A stretch of 64,000 bases of DNA from an uncultured Syntrophomonadaceae bacterium (GTDB taxonomy: Bacteria > Bacillota > Dethiobacteria > DTU022), in assembly GCA_964436815.1 (NCBI GenBank), contig CAYTER010000001.1, positions 11,630 through 75,629 of the forward strand, read 5' to 3'. Shown here one piece after another: positions 9,523-19,490 of the stretch (within the stretch, counting starts at the first letter, position 1; every line of letters begins with the position of its first letter). The notes under the pieces are model-generated. The model was not told the origin of the DNA and made no database searches. It worked only from the letters and a program-made list of their open reading frames with translations. The position numbers and the translations under genes were made by a program.

Positions 9523-9969
9523 GCTGATGCCTCCTTCAAAAATATAGTGGTTATTTTCAACAAATCCTTAATTCGCTAAGGAATGTCTTTTCCCTTTTTT
9601 TTTGATAATTTTTATCAGATCAGCCGGTTAAAGTTAATTTGAATTTATATAATCAATTCTCATGCCATATGAGATTTGAGAAAAGCTTCATTTAATTATG
9701 GTGACTTCCTGCTTCTTTTGTGAATAAAATTCCTGGTGCAGCAATACAGGGCATTTGCCTGTGGATAACTCTGTGCATTCTGTTAGTAGAACATCTATTT
9801 GCTGATCAAGAAGCCTTGATTTAAAGGAAAAAATTTATTTTGATCCGTCGCTGAGGTTACATAATGCAAAAACATAAACAGGGTTAATTATTGTTTCGGT
9901 TTCAACCTTTACCAATCTGATTAAAATGTGTTATTAATATTATTAATAAGCGTAGGAGGTATTATAAGA

Positions 9970-10047
9970 TGCGCGTAACGTTATTAATCGCTATCACCAT
10001 GATCCTGTCATTGTTAATACTGGCTGGTTGCACCGGTGGCGGCTGAT
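9970..10047 (+). CDS. 25-codon ORF encoding only a lipoprotein signal peptide plus CTGGG (putative micro-lipopeptide)
   Basis: AGGAGGT RBS 8 nt upstream. Sequence MRVTLLIAITMILSLLILAG|CTGGG, then a double stop. Confidence 0.3.
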
Positions 10048-10102
10048 AAACTAAACTTTGGGGTCGGTCAGGCTCCATAAGAAGTCTTTTTTACAGAGCA
10101 GG

Positions 10103-11293
10103 TTATAAGACCTGTAACCGGTCGCTGAAGGTGGTCACCTGTTCAAGGCGATCATCTCCGACTACATAAGTATCTTCGATTCCAACGGTTCCTTCCCCCG
10201 GAAAGATGAACTTCGGCTCCAGGGCAAAAACCATGCCTTTTTCTAAAGTAAAATCCAGATCGCGGGCAATGACCGGCAGTTCGTCAAGCTCGATGCCGAC
10301 ACCATGGCCAACGAAGCTGATCTGCTCAGTGTAACCCATAAAATGCCGGGCCAGCCCGGCCTGTTCTGCCAAGCCCTGAGCTTTTTTGTACAGCGCGCTG
10401 CCGCCAGTTCCCGGTTTACCCATTTGGGCCAGGTCACGGTTGATCAGCACCGCTTGATAGTAGGCTTCCTGCAGCTTGGCGGCTGGTTCACCAATCGAAA
10501 AAATACGCGTCTGATCAACCATATAACCGCCGATTACTATTACGAAATCAACCAGGATCGGCTCTTTTTCCCTGATCAGGCTGGTGCCGGCGCCCTGGGG
10601 ATAGGAAGGATTAAGGCCGGAGCCTCCGGTCGGGCCATCGAAGAAGCTGACCGATGCCGCGTTTTGACCGCTCATGATATGACCGAAATAGATTTCCTGG
10701 TTAAAGCCGCGCATTCTGATGGCACCCTGATGACCCAGTCTGCGTGCTTCCATTTCAAGCTGGCCAGCCAGTTCAATTTCGCGCATCCCGGGTTTGATAA
10801 TTCTGCAGGCATAATTAAGCACCTCATTGCCAACTGCTGCTGCCTGATGCATCAGCGCTAGTTCAAAATCAGATTTAACTGATCTGATCCGGCGGATTGC
10901 GCCGGATATATCGACCAGTGGAAATTCTTTAAATGTTTTTTGATAACGCAGGTAGAGATTGGCCGGTAAAACATCTGTTTCCAGGCCGATGCTTGCGCCC
11001 GGCATGACACTATCGACAATTAGTTTTTTTAGCTGGTCTGTACCGCTGTAAGGTTCAATTTGCTCGAGAGCGCTTTCTTCCCGGGCCCTTTCTAAGGATT
11101 TTTTTACGATCAAAGTTGGAATCCCGGTAGCAGGAACAAACAGGAATGCATTCTGACCGGTGCCGCTGAAATAATATAGGTCTGCCCGCTGCATCAGCAA
11201 TGAACCGCTGATTTGATGTTTTTGCATCTCAGTTTGTAATTTGCTAACCCGGCGATTGAGTTCATCATAAGGAATAAGTTTTTCCATAGCCAT
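10103..11293 (-). CDS. M24-family Xaa-Pro aminopeptidase / creatinase-fold peptidase
   Basis: 396 aa. Creatinase N-terminal domain followed by the pita-bread metal-binding core. Confidence 0.8.
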   Translation of the reverse strand: MAMEKLIPYDELNRRVSKLQTEMQKHQISGSLLMQRADLYYFSGTGQNAFLFVPATGIPTLIVKKSLERAREESALEQIEPYSGTDQLKKLIVDSVMPGASIGLETDVLPANLYLRYQKTFKEFPLVDISGAIRRIRSVKSDFELALMHQAAAVGNEVLNYACRIIKPGMREIELAGQLEMEARRLGHQGAIRMRGFNQEIYFGHIMSGQNAASVSFFDGPTGGSGLNPSYPQGAGTSLIREKEPILVDFVIVIGGYMVDQTRIFSIGEPAAKLQEAYYQAVLINRDLAQMGKPGTGGSALYKKAQGLAEQAGLARHFMGYTEQISFVGHGVGIELDELPVIARDLDFTLEKGMVFALEPKFIFPGEGTVGIEDTYVVGDDRLEQVTTFSDRLQVL

Positions 11294-11332
11294 TCAACCC
11301 CTGTGTTTAAATCTAATTATGAACATTAAAAA

Positions 11333-11396
11333 GGAAGAGCCTTCAGTTCAATCATACCACACACGCTGTGGCAGTTAAAAAGATGGCTCTTCCTGT
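11333..11396 (-). terminator. Terminator-like long hairpin downstream of fadA
   Basis: Inverted repeat AGGAAGAGCC ... GGCTCTTCCT with an inner CCACA/TGTGG hairpin. On the minus strand it is followed by TTTTTAA. Confidence 0.3.
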
Positions 11397-11430
11397 TGAT
11401 ATTTCTCAGATGTTGCGCTTACTTAGCCTG

Positions 11431-12609
11431 TCAGGCCAGCTCAAACAGACCGGCAGCGCCCATGCCTCCGCCGATACACATTGAAACAACGCCGTATTTG
11501 GAACCGCGTCGTTTCATTTCATGCAGCAGAGTGGCGGTGAGTTTGGCTCCGGTGCAGCCAAGCGGGTGGCCAAGGGCGATTGCTCCACCGTTGACATTGA
11601 CCTTGGACGGATCTATACCCAGCTCGCGCACACAGTAGAGCGCCTGCGAGGCGAAGGCTTCATTAAGCTCGAAGAGATCGATATCCTCAATTTTCATGCC
11701 GGTTAACTTCATTAATTTCGGAATGGCATAGGCCGGTCCGACACCCATGATTTCCGGCGGGCAGCCGGCTACGGCAAAGCCGCGGAATATTGCCAGCGGC
11801 TTGAGGCCGAGTTTGGCTGCTTTCTCAGCAGACATAACAACAGATGCAGCAGCGCCGTCGCTGGTTTGCGAAGAGTTGCCGGCAGTAACACTCCCTTTAA
11901 CATGAAAAGCAGGGCGCAGCTTGGCCAGCGCCTCGATGGTAGTCTCAGGACGGACGCCTTCGTCGGTATCAAAAATAAATTCTTTTTCGACAACCTTGTT
12001 ATCCGGTCCGACAAAGCGATCCACCACTTTCAACGGGACTATTTCTTCCTTGAATTTGCCGTCCTTTATAGCTGCTGCTGCTTTCATCTGGCTTTCATAG
12101 CCGAACTTATCCTGATCTTCACGGCTGATATTAAACCGCTGCGCAACATTCTCAGCGGTGATACCCATCGGGGTATAGGTTTCAATATGTTTTTCAACCA
12201 GTTCGGGGCTGGGGGCCAGTTTATTGCCGCCCATCGGCACCATACTCATGCTTTCCACACCGCCGCCGATCATTACATCGGCAAAGCCGCACATAATCCG
12301 TTCCGAGGCGAGAGCAATGGCCTGCAAGCCGGAGGAGCAAAACCGGTTAACAGTTTGTCCCGGTACGCTGTCCGGCAGTCCGGCCTGCAGAGCGACGATC
12401 CGCCCTAAGTTCATGCCCTGCTCGGCTTCCGGAAAAGAGCAGCCTAAGATTACATCTTCGATTTCTGCGGGGTCCAGGCCTTTGGCCCGGGTAATAGCTT
12501 CTTTTACCGCTACCGAACCCATGTACTCGGGGCGTGTTTTTTTAAGTTTGCCCCGGGGAGCCCGGCCGATTGCTGTTCGCACACTGGATACAATAACAGC
12601 TTCTTTCAT
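11431..12609 (-). CDS. fadA: Acetyl-CoA C-acyltransferase (thiolase)
   Basis: 392 aa. Thiolase signatures: active-site Cys region ([11 protein letters not shown]) and the C-terminal [11 protein letters not shown]. Confidence 0.9.
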   Translation of the reverse strand: MKEAVIVSSVRTAIGRAPRGKLKKTRPEYMGSVAVKEAITRAKGLDPAEIEDVILGCSFPEAEQGMNLGRIVALQAGLPDSVPGQTVNRFCSSGLQAIALASERIMCGFADVMIGGGVESMSMVPMGGNKLAPSPELVEKHIETYTPMGITAENVAQRFNISREDQDKFGYESQMKAAAAIKDGKFKEEIVPLKVVDRFVGPDNKVVEKEFIFDTDEGVRPETTIEALAKLRPAFHVKGSVTAGNSSQTSDGAAASVVMSAEKAAKLGLKPLAIFRGFAVAGCPPEIMGVGPAYAIPKLMKLTGMKIEDIDLFELNEAFASQALYCVRELGIDPSKVNVNGGAIALGHPLGCTGAKLTATLLHEMKRRGSKYGVVSMCIGGGMGAAGLFELA

Positions 12610-12626
12610 ACTGGTTACCTCCTCCT

Positions 12627-15035
12627 TTAATTCCGTAAAGGCTTGCCGGTTGTGAGGATCGCGGTGATGCGCTCATGGGTCTTCTCTTCATGACAAAGAC
12701 GCAGGAACGCTTCCCTCTCGATGTCGAGCAGATACTGCTCGCTGACAAGCGTATCGGGTTTAACATTTCCACCGCAGAGAACAAATGCGATTTCATTGGC
12801 GATCTTCATGTCATGCTCGCTGATGTAACCGCCCCAGAGCATATTCTGCACTCCTGCCTTGAAGGCAGCCAGACCGTATTCCCCGATCACCTTGATCGGC
12901 TTCGGCTGGGGTTGCTCGTAGCCTTCCAGGACCATGGCCAGAACAGTCTGCTTGGCGTCATGCAGCAGGTAATCCTGGTTGACTGTTACTTTATCTGTTT
13001 TGCGCAGGAATCCCAGTTCCTGGGCATGACGGGCGCTGGTTGAAACGGTGGCCATGGCAATTGCTTCGAAGGCTTTCTGGACGTATGGTAATAGATCTAC
13101 CTTGGTATCGTCGCGCAGCCCTTCGGTGAAACGGATCAGTAGTTCTTTATTACCGCCCCAGCCGGGGATCAGGCCGACACCCAGTTCAACCTGGCCCATG
13201 AAAGTATCGGCTGCGGCCTGGATCCGGTCGCAGTGCAGACAGATCTCCATTCCGCCTCCTAAGGTCATCTGGAAGGGTGCGGCTACTACCGGAATTTTTG
13301 AATATTTGACTTTCATCAGGGCATCCTGCCCCGATTTGACGGCGCTGTTGATCATTTCAAACTCGCCGCCCTGGGCAGCCATCATAATCAGGGCAACGTT
13401 GGCCCCGACGCAGAAATTGCCACCCTGATTACCGATGACCATCCCAACGAAGTTCTTCTCCGCTTCTTCAATGGCCTGATGGATCAGCTCTACAAACATC
13501 GGACTGACTGCCTGGCGCGGGCTGTGCATCTCGAGACAGCAAACCCCGTCGCCCAAATCGATCAGGCTGCCGTCGTCGTTTCCGAGAACCAGTTTGCCCT
13601 GCTTTTTCAGGGTAGGCAGACTGATAATTTCAGCGCTGACCGGAACCGGTTTGTAGCTTTTCGAGGCGAAATCATAGTATGAAAGGTTTCCTTTTTCATC
13701 TTCCTGGTAGAAACTTTCAAAGCCCTTGGCCAGCATCTCTTCCACGTTGGCCGGGATTTTTTCACCTTCGCTTTTCATTCGCTCGACGCTCTTCCGAACC
13801 CCAATTACGTCCCAGCTTTCAAATGGACCGAATTTTAAATTAAAGCCCCAACGCATTGCCCGATCGATATTATACAAATCGTCTGTAATTTCCGGAACCA
13901 TCGAAGCGCTGTATAATAGGTTACGCTTAGTCATTTTCCAGGCGAACTGGCCGGCTTTATCATCGGACTCAATCAGCATATTAAAACCTGTATTCAGTTC
14001 TTCATGTTTGGTTTTACCCAGAATATCAAAACGTGCTTTTTCCTGCGGCCGGTATTCCATGGTTTTATAGTCAAGGGCTAGGATCTGTTTGCCTCCTTCG
14101 TCCTTAACTTTTTTATAAAATCCCTGCTTGGTTTTGTCGCCTAACCATTTTTTTTCAACCATCTTTGTTAGAAGCTCGGGAACATCAAAAACCTCTTTTT
14201 CTTCTGGATTCTTGGTAGTATCATATACAGTCCTGGCGACATGACAAAAAGTATCGAGACCGACAAGGTCAAGTAGACGCAAAGTTGCGGTCTTCGGGCG
14301 GCCCATCGGCGGACCGGTGATTACATCGACTTCTTCAACGGTCATATTCTCTTCGAGCATAAGTTTGACAGCATAGACCCCACTAAAAGTGCCGATGCGG
14401 TTGGCTATAAAGTTGGGGGTATCCTTGGCAAACACCACACCCTTGCCGAGTACTTTTTCGCAGAAACGGTGCATGTACGAGAGCACTTCATCTGAAGTAT
14501 CTTTACAGGGGATGATTTCTAAGAGTTTCATCCAGCGGGGCGGGTTGAAAAAGTGAGTGCCCAGGAAATGTTTGCGGAATTCCGCTGAATTCTCAGAAAC
14601 CATTTCGTTAATTGAAAGCCCTGAAGTGTTGGAAGAAACGATTGTTCCGGGTGTCCAGTTTGCTTCAAGCTGTTTGAAGACCTTTTTTTTGATATCCATA
14701 TTTTCCACAATAACTTCAATTACCCAGTCGACATCTTTTAACTTGGCCATGTCGTCTTCGAAGTTACCGGGAGTGATCAGGTCAATGCTTGAATCACGGT
14801 ATAGCGGTTTTTGTTTGTTCTTCAGCAGCTCCTGCTTTCCGGCTACAGAAAGCCTGTTGCGAACTTCCGGGCTTTCTAAGGTTAATCCTTGCTTTTGCTC
14901 TTCCGGAGTGAGTTCACGGGGAACGATATCGAGCAGATAGGTAGGGATTCCCACGTTGGCCAGATGAGCGGCGATCGTCGCCCCCATTACTCCGGCTCCA
15001 AGAACGGCAGCCTTTCGAATTTCTTTCAAGGCCAT
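12627..15035 (-). CDS. fadN: Bifunctional 3-hydroxyacyl-CoA dehydrogenase / enoyl-CoA hydratase (FadN-type)
   Basis: 802 aa. N-terminal Rossmann motif [10 protein letters not shown], then a 3HCDH C-terminal domain and a crotonase-fold C-terminus. Confidence 0.85.
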   Translation of the reverse strand: MALKEIRKAAVLGAGVMGATIAAHLANVGIPTYLLDIVPRELTPEEQKQGLTLESPEVRNRLSVAGKQELLKNKQKPLYRDSSIDLITPGNFEDDMAKLKDVDWVIEVIVENMDIKKKVFKQLEANWTPGTIVSSNTSGLSINEMVSENSAEFRKHFLGTHFFNPPRWMKLLEIIPCKDTSDEVLSYMHRFCEKVLGKGVVFAKDTPNFIANRIGTFSGVYAVKLMLEENMTVEEVDVITGPPMGRPKTATLRLLDLVGLDTFCHVARTVYDTTKNPEEKEVFDVPELLTKMVEKKWLGDKTKQGFYKKVKDEGGKQILALDYKTMEYRPQEKARFDILGKTKHEELNTGFNMLIESDDKAGQFAWKMTKRNLLYSASMVPEITDDLYNIDRAMRWGFNLKFGPFESWDVIGVRKSVERMKSEGEKIPANVEEMLAKGFESFYQEDEKGNLSYYDFASKSYKPVPVSAEIISLPTLKKQGKLVLGNDDGSLIDLGDGVCCLEMHSPRQAVSPMFVELIHQAIEEAEKNFVGMVIGNQGGNFCVGANVALIMMAAQGGEFEMINSAVKSGQDALMKVKYSKIPVVAAPFQMTLGGGMEICLHCDRIQAAADTFMGQVELGVGLIPGWGGNKELLIRFTEGLRDDTKVDLLPYVQKAFEAIAMATVSTSARHAQELGFLRKTDKVTVNQDYLLHDAKQTVLAMVLEGYEQPQPKPIKVIGEYGLAAFKAGVQNMLWGGYISEHDMKIANEIAFVLCGGNVKPDTLVSEQYLLDIEREAFLRLCHEEKTHERITAILTTGKPLRN

Positions 15036-15103
15036 TTAAATACCTCCTTGTAACGATGAATTTAACTTAAGAAGTAAACCATTAAAGAGGAAGATTAAAA
15101 AAT

Positions 15104-15685
15104 TCAGCGCAGGCCTCCGGTCAGCAGATCAAAAACCGGTTTGCTGAGTGCCCTCAAATCATAAGGTTTTGCGGACATCACCCAGCAGGTAACTACTTCA
15201 TCGATCGCGCCGAAAATTACCTTGCGGGCAATTTTGGGATCGACATTCTGCTTGTAAAGGCCCTGCTCTTTGCCTTCTGCTACCACCTCCTCAATTAAGT
15301 TGAAGTAAATTTTCAGCGGCTTGGAAATTCCCTGATTAATGGTTTTATCGATCTGCCTCAATTCAATCTGGGTTACCCTGGCCTGCTCCGGCCTGTTGGC
15401 CAGGGTTGTCAGGTGATAGGAGATAATCCGGGCTAATTTATCATTGGCATCGTGACACAGGGAAAGCTCGCTGCTTAAATCCTCGACGAAACGCTGCATC
15501 AGATTCTGAAAGAGAGAGATCAGGATATCTTCTTTATTTTTAAAGTAGATGTAAACTGTGCCGTCAGCAACGCCGGCTTCGCGGGCGATATCTGCTACGC
15601 GGGTGCGGTGGTAACCGGTTTGCGCAAAAGTTTTTACTGCAGCGTCCAGAATAACCTGAAATTTTTCGCCGGATCTTTTCGCCAC
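15104..15685 (-). CDS. fadR: TetR-family fatty-acid degradation repressor (FadR/YsiA-like)
   Basis: 193 aa. The TetR HTH with ADGTVYIYFKNKEDILISLF closely resembles the Bacillus FadR. It sits upstream of fadN-fadA. Confidence 0.75.
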   Translation of the reverse strand: MAKRSGEKFQVILDAAVKTFAQTGYHRTRVADIAREAGVADGTVYIYFKNKEDILISLFQNLMQRFVEDLSSELSLCHDANDKLARIISYHLTTLANRPEQARVTQIELRQIDKTINQGISKPLKIYFNLIEEVVAEGKEQGLYKQNVDPKIARKVIFGAIDEVVTCWVMSAKPYDLRALSKPVFDLLTGGLR

Positions 15686-15703
15686 AAAAAACCTCCTGCA
15701 TTA

Positions 15704-15723
15704 ATGAATGAATCATCATTCGT
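15704..15723. promoter_or_regulatory. FadR box (ATGAATGAATCATCATTCGT)
   Basis: Imperfect palindrome TGAATGA...TCATTC 19 nt upstream of the fadR start codon. It matches the Bacillus FadR operator consensus. It also overlaps a putative -35 TTGATT / -10 TACAAT minus-strand promoter. Confidence 0.55.
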
Positions 15724-15975
15724 TGTTATGCCATTGTATAATTTTTTGAGACAATAATCAAGATTTATCTTAATTATTGAGAAAGTTTTTTTGCTGCCCT
15801 TTAAAATGATTATTTTCTGTCAATGCCTGTTTTCTTTAAGGTTGTGTCCCCTTTTTTTCTGTGTTAAGATATAATTGCTTTGTAACGCCTCGCAATAAGG
15901 CGTTTTTATTATTCAAAAGATAAAAGTTTTATCCATTAAAATTAAAACCGATCTGGATCGTAAGGAGAGAGTATT

Positions 15976-17400
15976 ATGCTGAAAAAAGTTGAGAAATTGG
16001 AGAATAACAAAGTCAAGCTGGAGATAGAGGTCGCTTCTCCTGATGTCGATACTGCCCTGGCCAAAGCTTATCGCAAAGTAGTTGGCAAGATAAACCTGCC
16101 AGGGTTTCGCAAGGGCAAGGTGCCCCGCCGGATTCTTGAATCGCGCTTTGGCCCCGAAATTTTACATGAAGAAGCCCTCGAACTTTTAGTTCCCGGCGCT
16201 TATGAAGCAGCCCTGGAAGAAGAGGGGCTGGATCCGATTAACAATCCTGAATTTGAGCTGATCCAGATTGAAGAAGGCAAACCGCTGCTGTTTAATGCTG
16301 TCTTTGAGGTCCTTCCACCGGTTGAACTTGGTGATTACCGCGGGCTTGAGGTTGAGCAGGAGGAAGCAGAGGTTGATGAGATTCAGATCGATCATCATCT
16401 TTTCATGCTCCGCGAGCAGAATGCCAGGTTGATACCCCGTGAAGATGGCCCGGTTCAGGAAGGTGATCTGGTCCAGATCGATTTTAAGGGTTACGTGGAT
16501 GGGGAGCTTTTCGAGGGAGGAGAAGCCGAAGATTATTCGCTTGAAATAGGATCTAAGTCCTTTATTCCCGGATTTGAGGATCAGCTGATCGGCGCTGTTC
16601 AGGATGAAGACAAGGAGATCAAAGTAACTTTCCCCAAAAATTATCGCAAGGAAGATGTTGCCGGTAAAGAGGCAACTTTTAAAGTTAAGATTAAACAGAT
16701 CAAAGAGAAAAAGTTACCCGAACTGGACGATGAATTCGTTAAAGAGATTAGCGAATTTGACACCCTTGAAGAAATGAAAACAGATCTGAGGGAGAAACTG
16801 CTTAAAAATGCCGAAGATCAGTCTAAGGCTAAGCTGGAGGAGACTTTGATTGAAAAAGTTGCCGCTGCAGCTAAAGTTGATCCACCGGCGGTATTGGTGG
16901 AGCGGCAGATCGACCGGATGCTCGGTGACCTGGAAAACTACCTGCGTTATCAGGGTATGGGGCTCGACCAATTTCTACAGCTTTCGGGCAAGGAGAAAGA
17001 TGAGATCCGTGAAGAGAGACGGGAAGAAGCTGAAAAAAGAGCTAAGGCGAACCTGGTCCTTGATGCGATTGCGAAACAGGAGGAAATAGCCGTCACTGAC
17101 GACGAACTTAAGGAAAAAATAGAGGAAATCGCTTCCACCTATAACGATGATCCGGACAGAATCAGGGAAATACTCGATAAACAGGGCCGCATCCCGGTTA
17201 TGAAAGAGGAAATCCGGATCCGCAAAGTGGTTGATCTTCTTGTTTCCGAGGCGAAAGTTAAAAAAGTTAAAGCGAAGAAGGATAAGGCAAAAGCCCCTGA
17301 AAAAAAAGAAAAAAACGTAAGTAAGAGCAAAAAAACAGCCGCTGCCGGGAACAAAGAGCTTGAAAATCCCGGGACTTCTGCAGGAGAAGGAAAAGAGTAG
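15976..17400 (+). CDS. tig: Trigger factor
   Basis: 474 aa. N-terminal ribosome-binding motif GFRKGKVP, an FKBP domain, and a Lys-rich C-terminal tail. Confidence 0.95.
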   Translation: MLKKVEKLENNKVKLEIEVASPDVDTALAKAYRKVVGKINLPGFRKGKVPRRILESRFGPEILHEEALELLVPGAYEAALEEEGLDPINNPEFELIQIEEGKPLLFNAVFEVLPPVELGDYRGLEVEQEEAEVDEIQIDHHLFMLREQNARLIPREDGPVQEGDLVQIDFKGYVDGELFEGGEAEDYSLEIGSKSFIPGFEDQLIGAVQDEDKEIKVTFPKNYRKEDVAGKEATFKVKIKQIKEKKLPELDDEFVKEISEFDTLEEMKTDLREKLLKNAEDQSKAKLEETLIEKVAAAAKVDPPAVLVERQIDRMLGDLENYLRYQGMGLDQFLQLSGKEKDEIREERREEAEKRAKANLVLDAIAKQEEIAVTDDELKEKIEEIASTYNDDPDRIREILDKQGRIPVMKEEIRIRKVVDLLVSEAKVKKVKAKKDKAKAPEKKEKNVSKSKKTAAAGNKELENPGTSAGEGKE

Positions 17401-17494
17401 TATAATTAGTATTGTAAAGATCATTTGCACTGTAAAGAGTTGCTTATAGTATAATAAATTAATTGTTTGGAGATTATCTGAGGAGGTTTGCCAA

Positions 17495-18082
17495 ATGAGC
17501 ATTTTAGTACCGATGGTTGTTGAACAGACCAGCCGTGGCGAAAGAGCCTACGACATATATTCGCGCCTGCTCAAAGACAGGATCATCTTTCTCGGCAGCG
17601 CTATTGATGATAATGTGGCCAACCTGATTGTGGCCCAGATGTTGTTTCTGGAGTCGGAAGACCCGAAAAAAGATATCAACCTCTATATCAACTCTCCCGG
17701 AGGTTCGGTTTATGCCGGGATGGCTATCTACGATACAATGCGTTATGTGAAACCGGCTATTTCAACAATTTGTGTCGGCCTGGCAGCCAGTTTTGGGGCG
17801 GTGCTGCTTTCTGCCGGAGAAAAGGGTAAGCGTTTTTCCCTGCCAAATTCCAGGATTATGCTTCATCAACCGGCCGGAGGCGCCCAGGGTCAGGCAGTTG
17901 ATATCGAGATTCATGCCCGGGAGATTCTTAAAATCAGGGAAAGCCTGAATCAAATCCTCTCCGAAAATACCGGCCAGCCGGTGGAGACTATTGCCAAAGA
18001 CACTGATCGTGATTTCTTTATGTCAGCTGCTGATGCCAAGCAATACGGCCTGATTGACGAGATCCTGATCCACAGAACTTAA
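17495..18082 (+). CDS. clpP: ATP-dependent Clp protease proteolytic subunit
   Basis: 195 aa. Ser-His-Asp catalytic context ([16 protein letters not shown]). Confidence 0.95.
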   Translation: MSILVPMVVEQTSRGERAYDIYSRLLKDRIIFLGSAIDDNVANLIVAQMLFLESEDPKKDINLYINSPGGSVYAGMAIYDTMRYVKPAISTICVGLAASFGAVLLSAGEKGKRFSLPNSRIMLHQPAGGAQGQAVDIEIHAREILKIRESLNQILSENTGQPVETIAKDTDRDFFMSAADAKQYGLIDEILIHRT

Positions 18083-18107
18083 AGCGGAGACGAGGTGAAA
18101 GCTCCGG

Positions 18108-19367
18108 ATGTTTAAATTTAATGACGAAAAAGGACAGCTTAAATGTTCGTTCTGCGGTAAAAACCAGGAACAGGTGCGCAAATTAGTCGCCGGACCGGGT
18201 GTCTACATCTGCGACGAATGTATTGAGTTGTGCAATGAAATTATCGAAGAAGAAATCGGTGATGAGCCTGAACTGGGAAGACTTGAACTACCCAAGCCTC
18301 AGGATATCAAGGAAGTGCTCGATCAATATGTGATTGGGCAGGAAGAAGCGAAGAAGAGCCTTGCTGTTGCCGTTTATAACCATTATAAGCGGGTTAACGC
18401 CGGACAGAAAGTGGATGATGTCGAGCTCCAGAAGAGTAATATTGTGCTGGTTGGACCGACCGGTGTCGGCAAGACCCTCCTGGCTCAGACTCTGGCCCGA
18501 ATTTTAAATGTACCCTTTGCCATTGCCGATGCAACATCGCTGACTGAAGCCGGCTATGTCGGTGAAGATGTGGAAAATATCCTGCTCAAGCTGATCCAGG
18601 CAGCAGACTATGATCTTGAGAAGGCTGAAAAGGGTATTGTCTACATCGACGAAATCGATAAGATAGCCCGTAAAACAGATAACCCGTCCATAACCCGCGA
18701 TGTTTCGGGGGAAGGTGTTCAGCAGGCGCTGTTAAAGATTCTTGAAGGAACTGTGGCCAGTGTCCCGCCCCAGGGTGGCCGCAAGCATCCGCATCAGGAA
18801 TTTATGCAGATCGACACCACGGATATTCTTTTTATCTGCGGGGGTGCCTTTGACGGCCTGGAGAAGATTATTCAGAACCGGATCGGCAGCAAGGGAATCG
18901 GCTTCGGAGCCGAGGTATTATCCCGTGACGATGGAAACCTGGGAGCTATTTTAAAGCAGGTTCTACCTCAGGATCTCTTAAAATACGGGCTTATTCCTGA
19001 ATTTGTCGGTCGTATACCGGTTATCGCTACCCTTGATCCGCTAGATCAGGATGCTTTTGTCCGGATTCTAAAAGAACCGCGCAATGCCCTGGTTAAGCAG
19101 TACCAAAAGATATTTGAGCTGGATGGGGTTTCTCTTGAATTCAAGGAAAACTGCCTGCAGGCCATTGCCGAAGAAGCGATGAAGCGTCATACCGGCGCGC
19201 GTGGTTTAAGAGCAATCCTGGAGGAAACCTTGCTTGATGTCATGTTCGACCTGCCTTCGCGGGATGATATCGAACGTTGCGTGATTACCCGCGAGACGGT
19301 TATTAACAAGGAAACGCCGATGCTGGCTACCCGGGATAAACGAAAGAAAAAGGAAGAAACTGCCTGA
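18108..19367 (+). CDS. clpX: ATP-dependent Clp protease ATP-binding subunit ClpX
   Basis: 419 aa. C4 zinc finger (CSFCGK...CDEC) and Walker A motif GPTGVGKT. Confidence 0.95.
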   Translation: MFKFNDEKGQLKCSFCGKNQEQVRKLVAGPGVYICDECIELCNEIIEEEIGDEPELGRLELPKPQDIKEVLDQYVIGQEEAKKSLAVAVYNHYKRVNAGQKVDDVELQKSNIVLVGPTGVGKTLLAQTLARILNVPFAIADATSLTEAGYVGEDVENILLKLIQAADYDLEKAEKGIVYIDEIDKIARKTDNPSITRDVSGEGVQQALLKILEGTVASVPPQGGRKHPHQEFMQIDTTDILFICGGAFDGLEKIIQNRIGSKGIGFGAEVLSRDDGNLGAILKQVLPQDLLKYGLIPEFVGRIPVIATLDPLDQDAFVRILKEPRNALVKQYQKIFELDGVSLEFKENCLQAIAEEAMKRHTGARGLRAILEETLLDVMFDLPSRDDIERCVITRETVINKETPMLATRDKRKKKEETA

Positions 19368-19421
19368 TCGACGGCATAATACTCTGATTAAGCCGGGCGT
19401 TATATCTAAAAAGGATAATAT

Positions 19422-19468
19422 AAGCGGGAAGCGAAATATATTAATCCATAGCTTCCCGCTTTCTATTT
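19422..19468 (+). terminator. Rho-independent terminator after clpX
   Basis: AAGCGGGAAGC, an 18-nt loop, GCTTCCCGCTT, then TTCTATTT. Confidence 0.6.
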
Positions 19469-19490
19469 ACAGGAAAGGTGGTTTTACCAG

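Noticed and set aside
9337-9579. 80-aa plus-strand ORF antisense to the ferredoxin gene
   Set aside because: It completely overlaps the well-supported ferredoxin CDS on the opposite strand. It has low-complexity composition and no RBS.
17400-17494. CtsR heptad repeats or CIRCE element upstream of clpP, and upstream of lon (19368-19490)
   Set aside because: No GGTCAAA direct repeats and no TTAGCACTC-N9-GAGTGCTAA inverted repeat are visible. Only AT-rich sigma-70-like elements.
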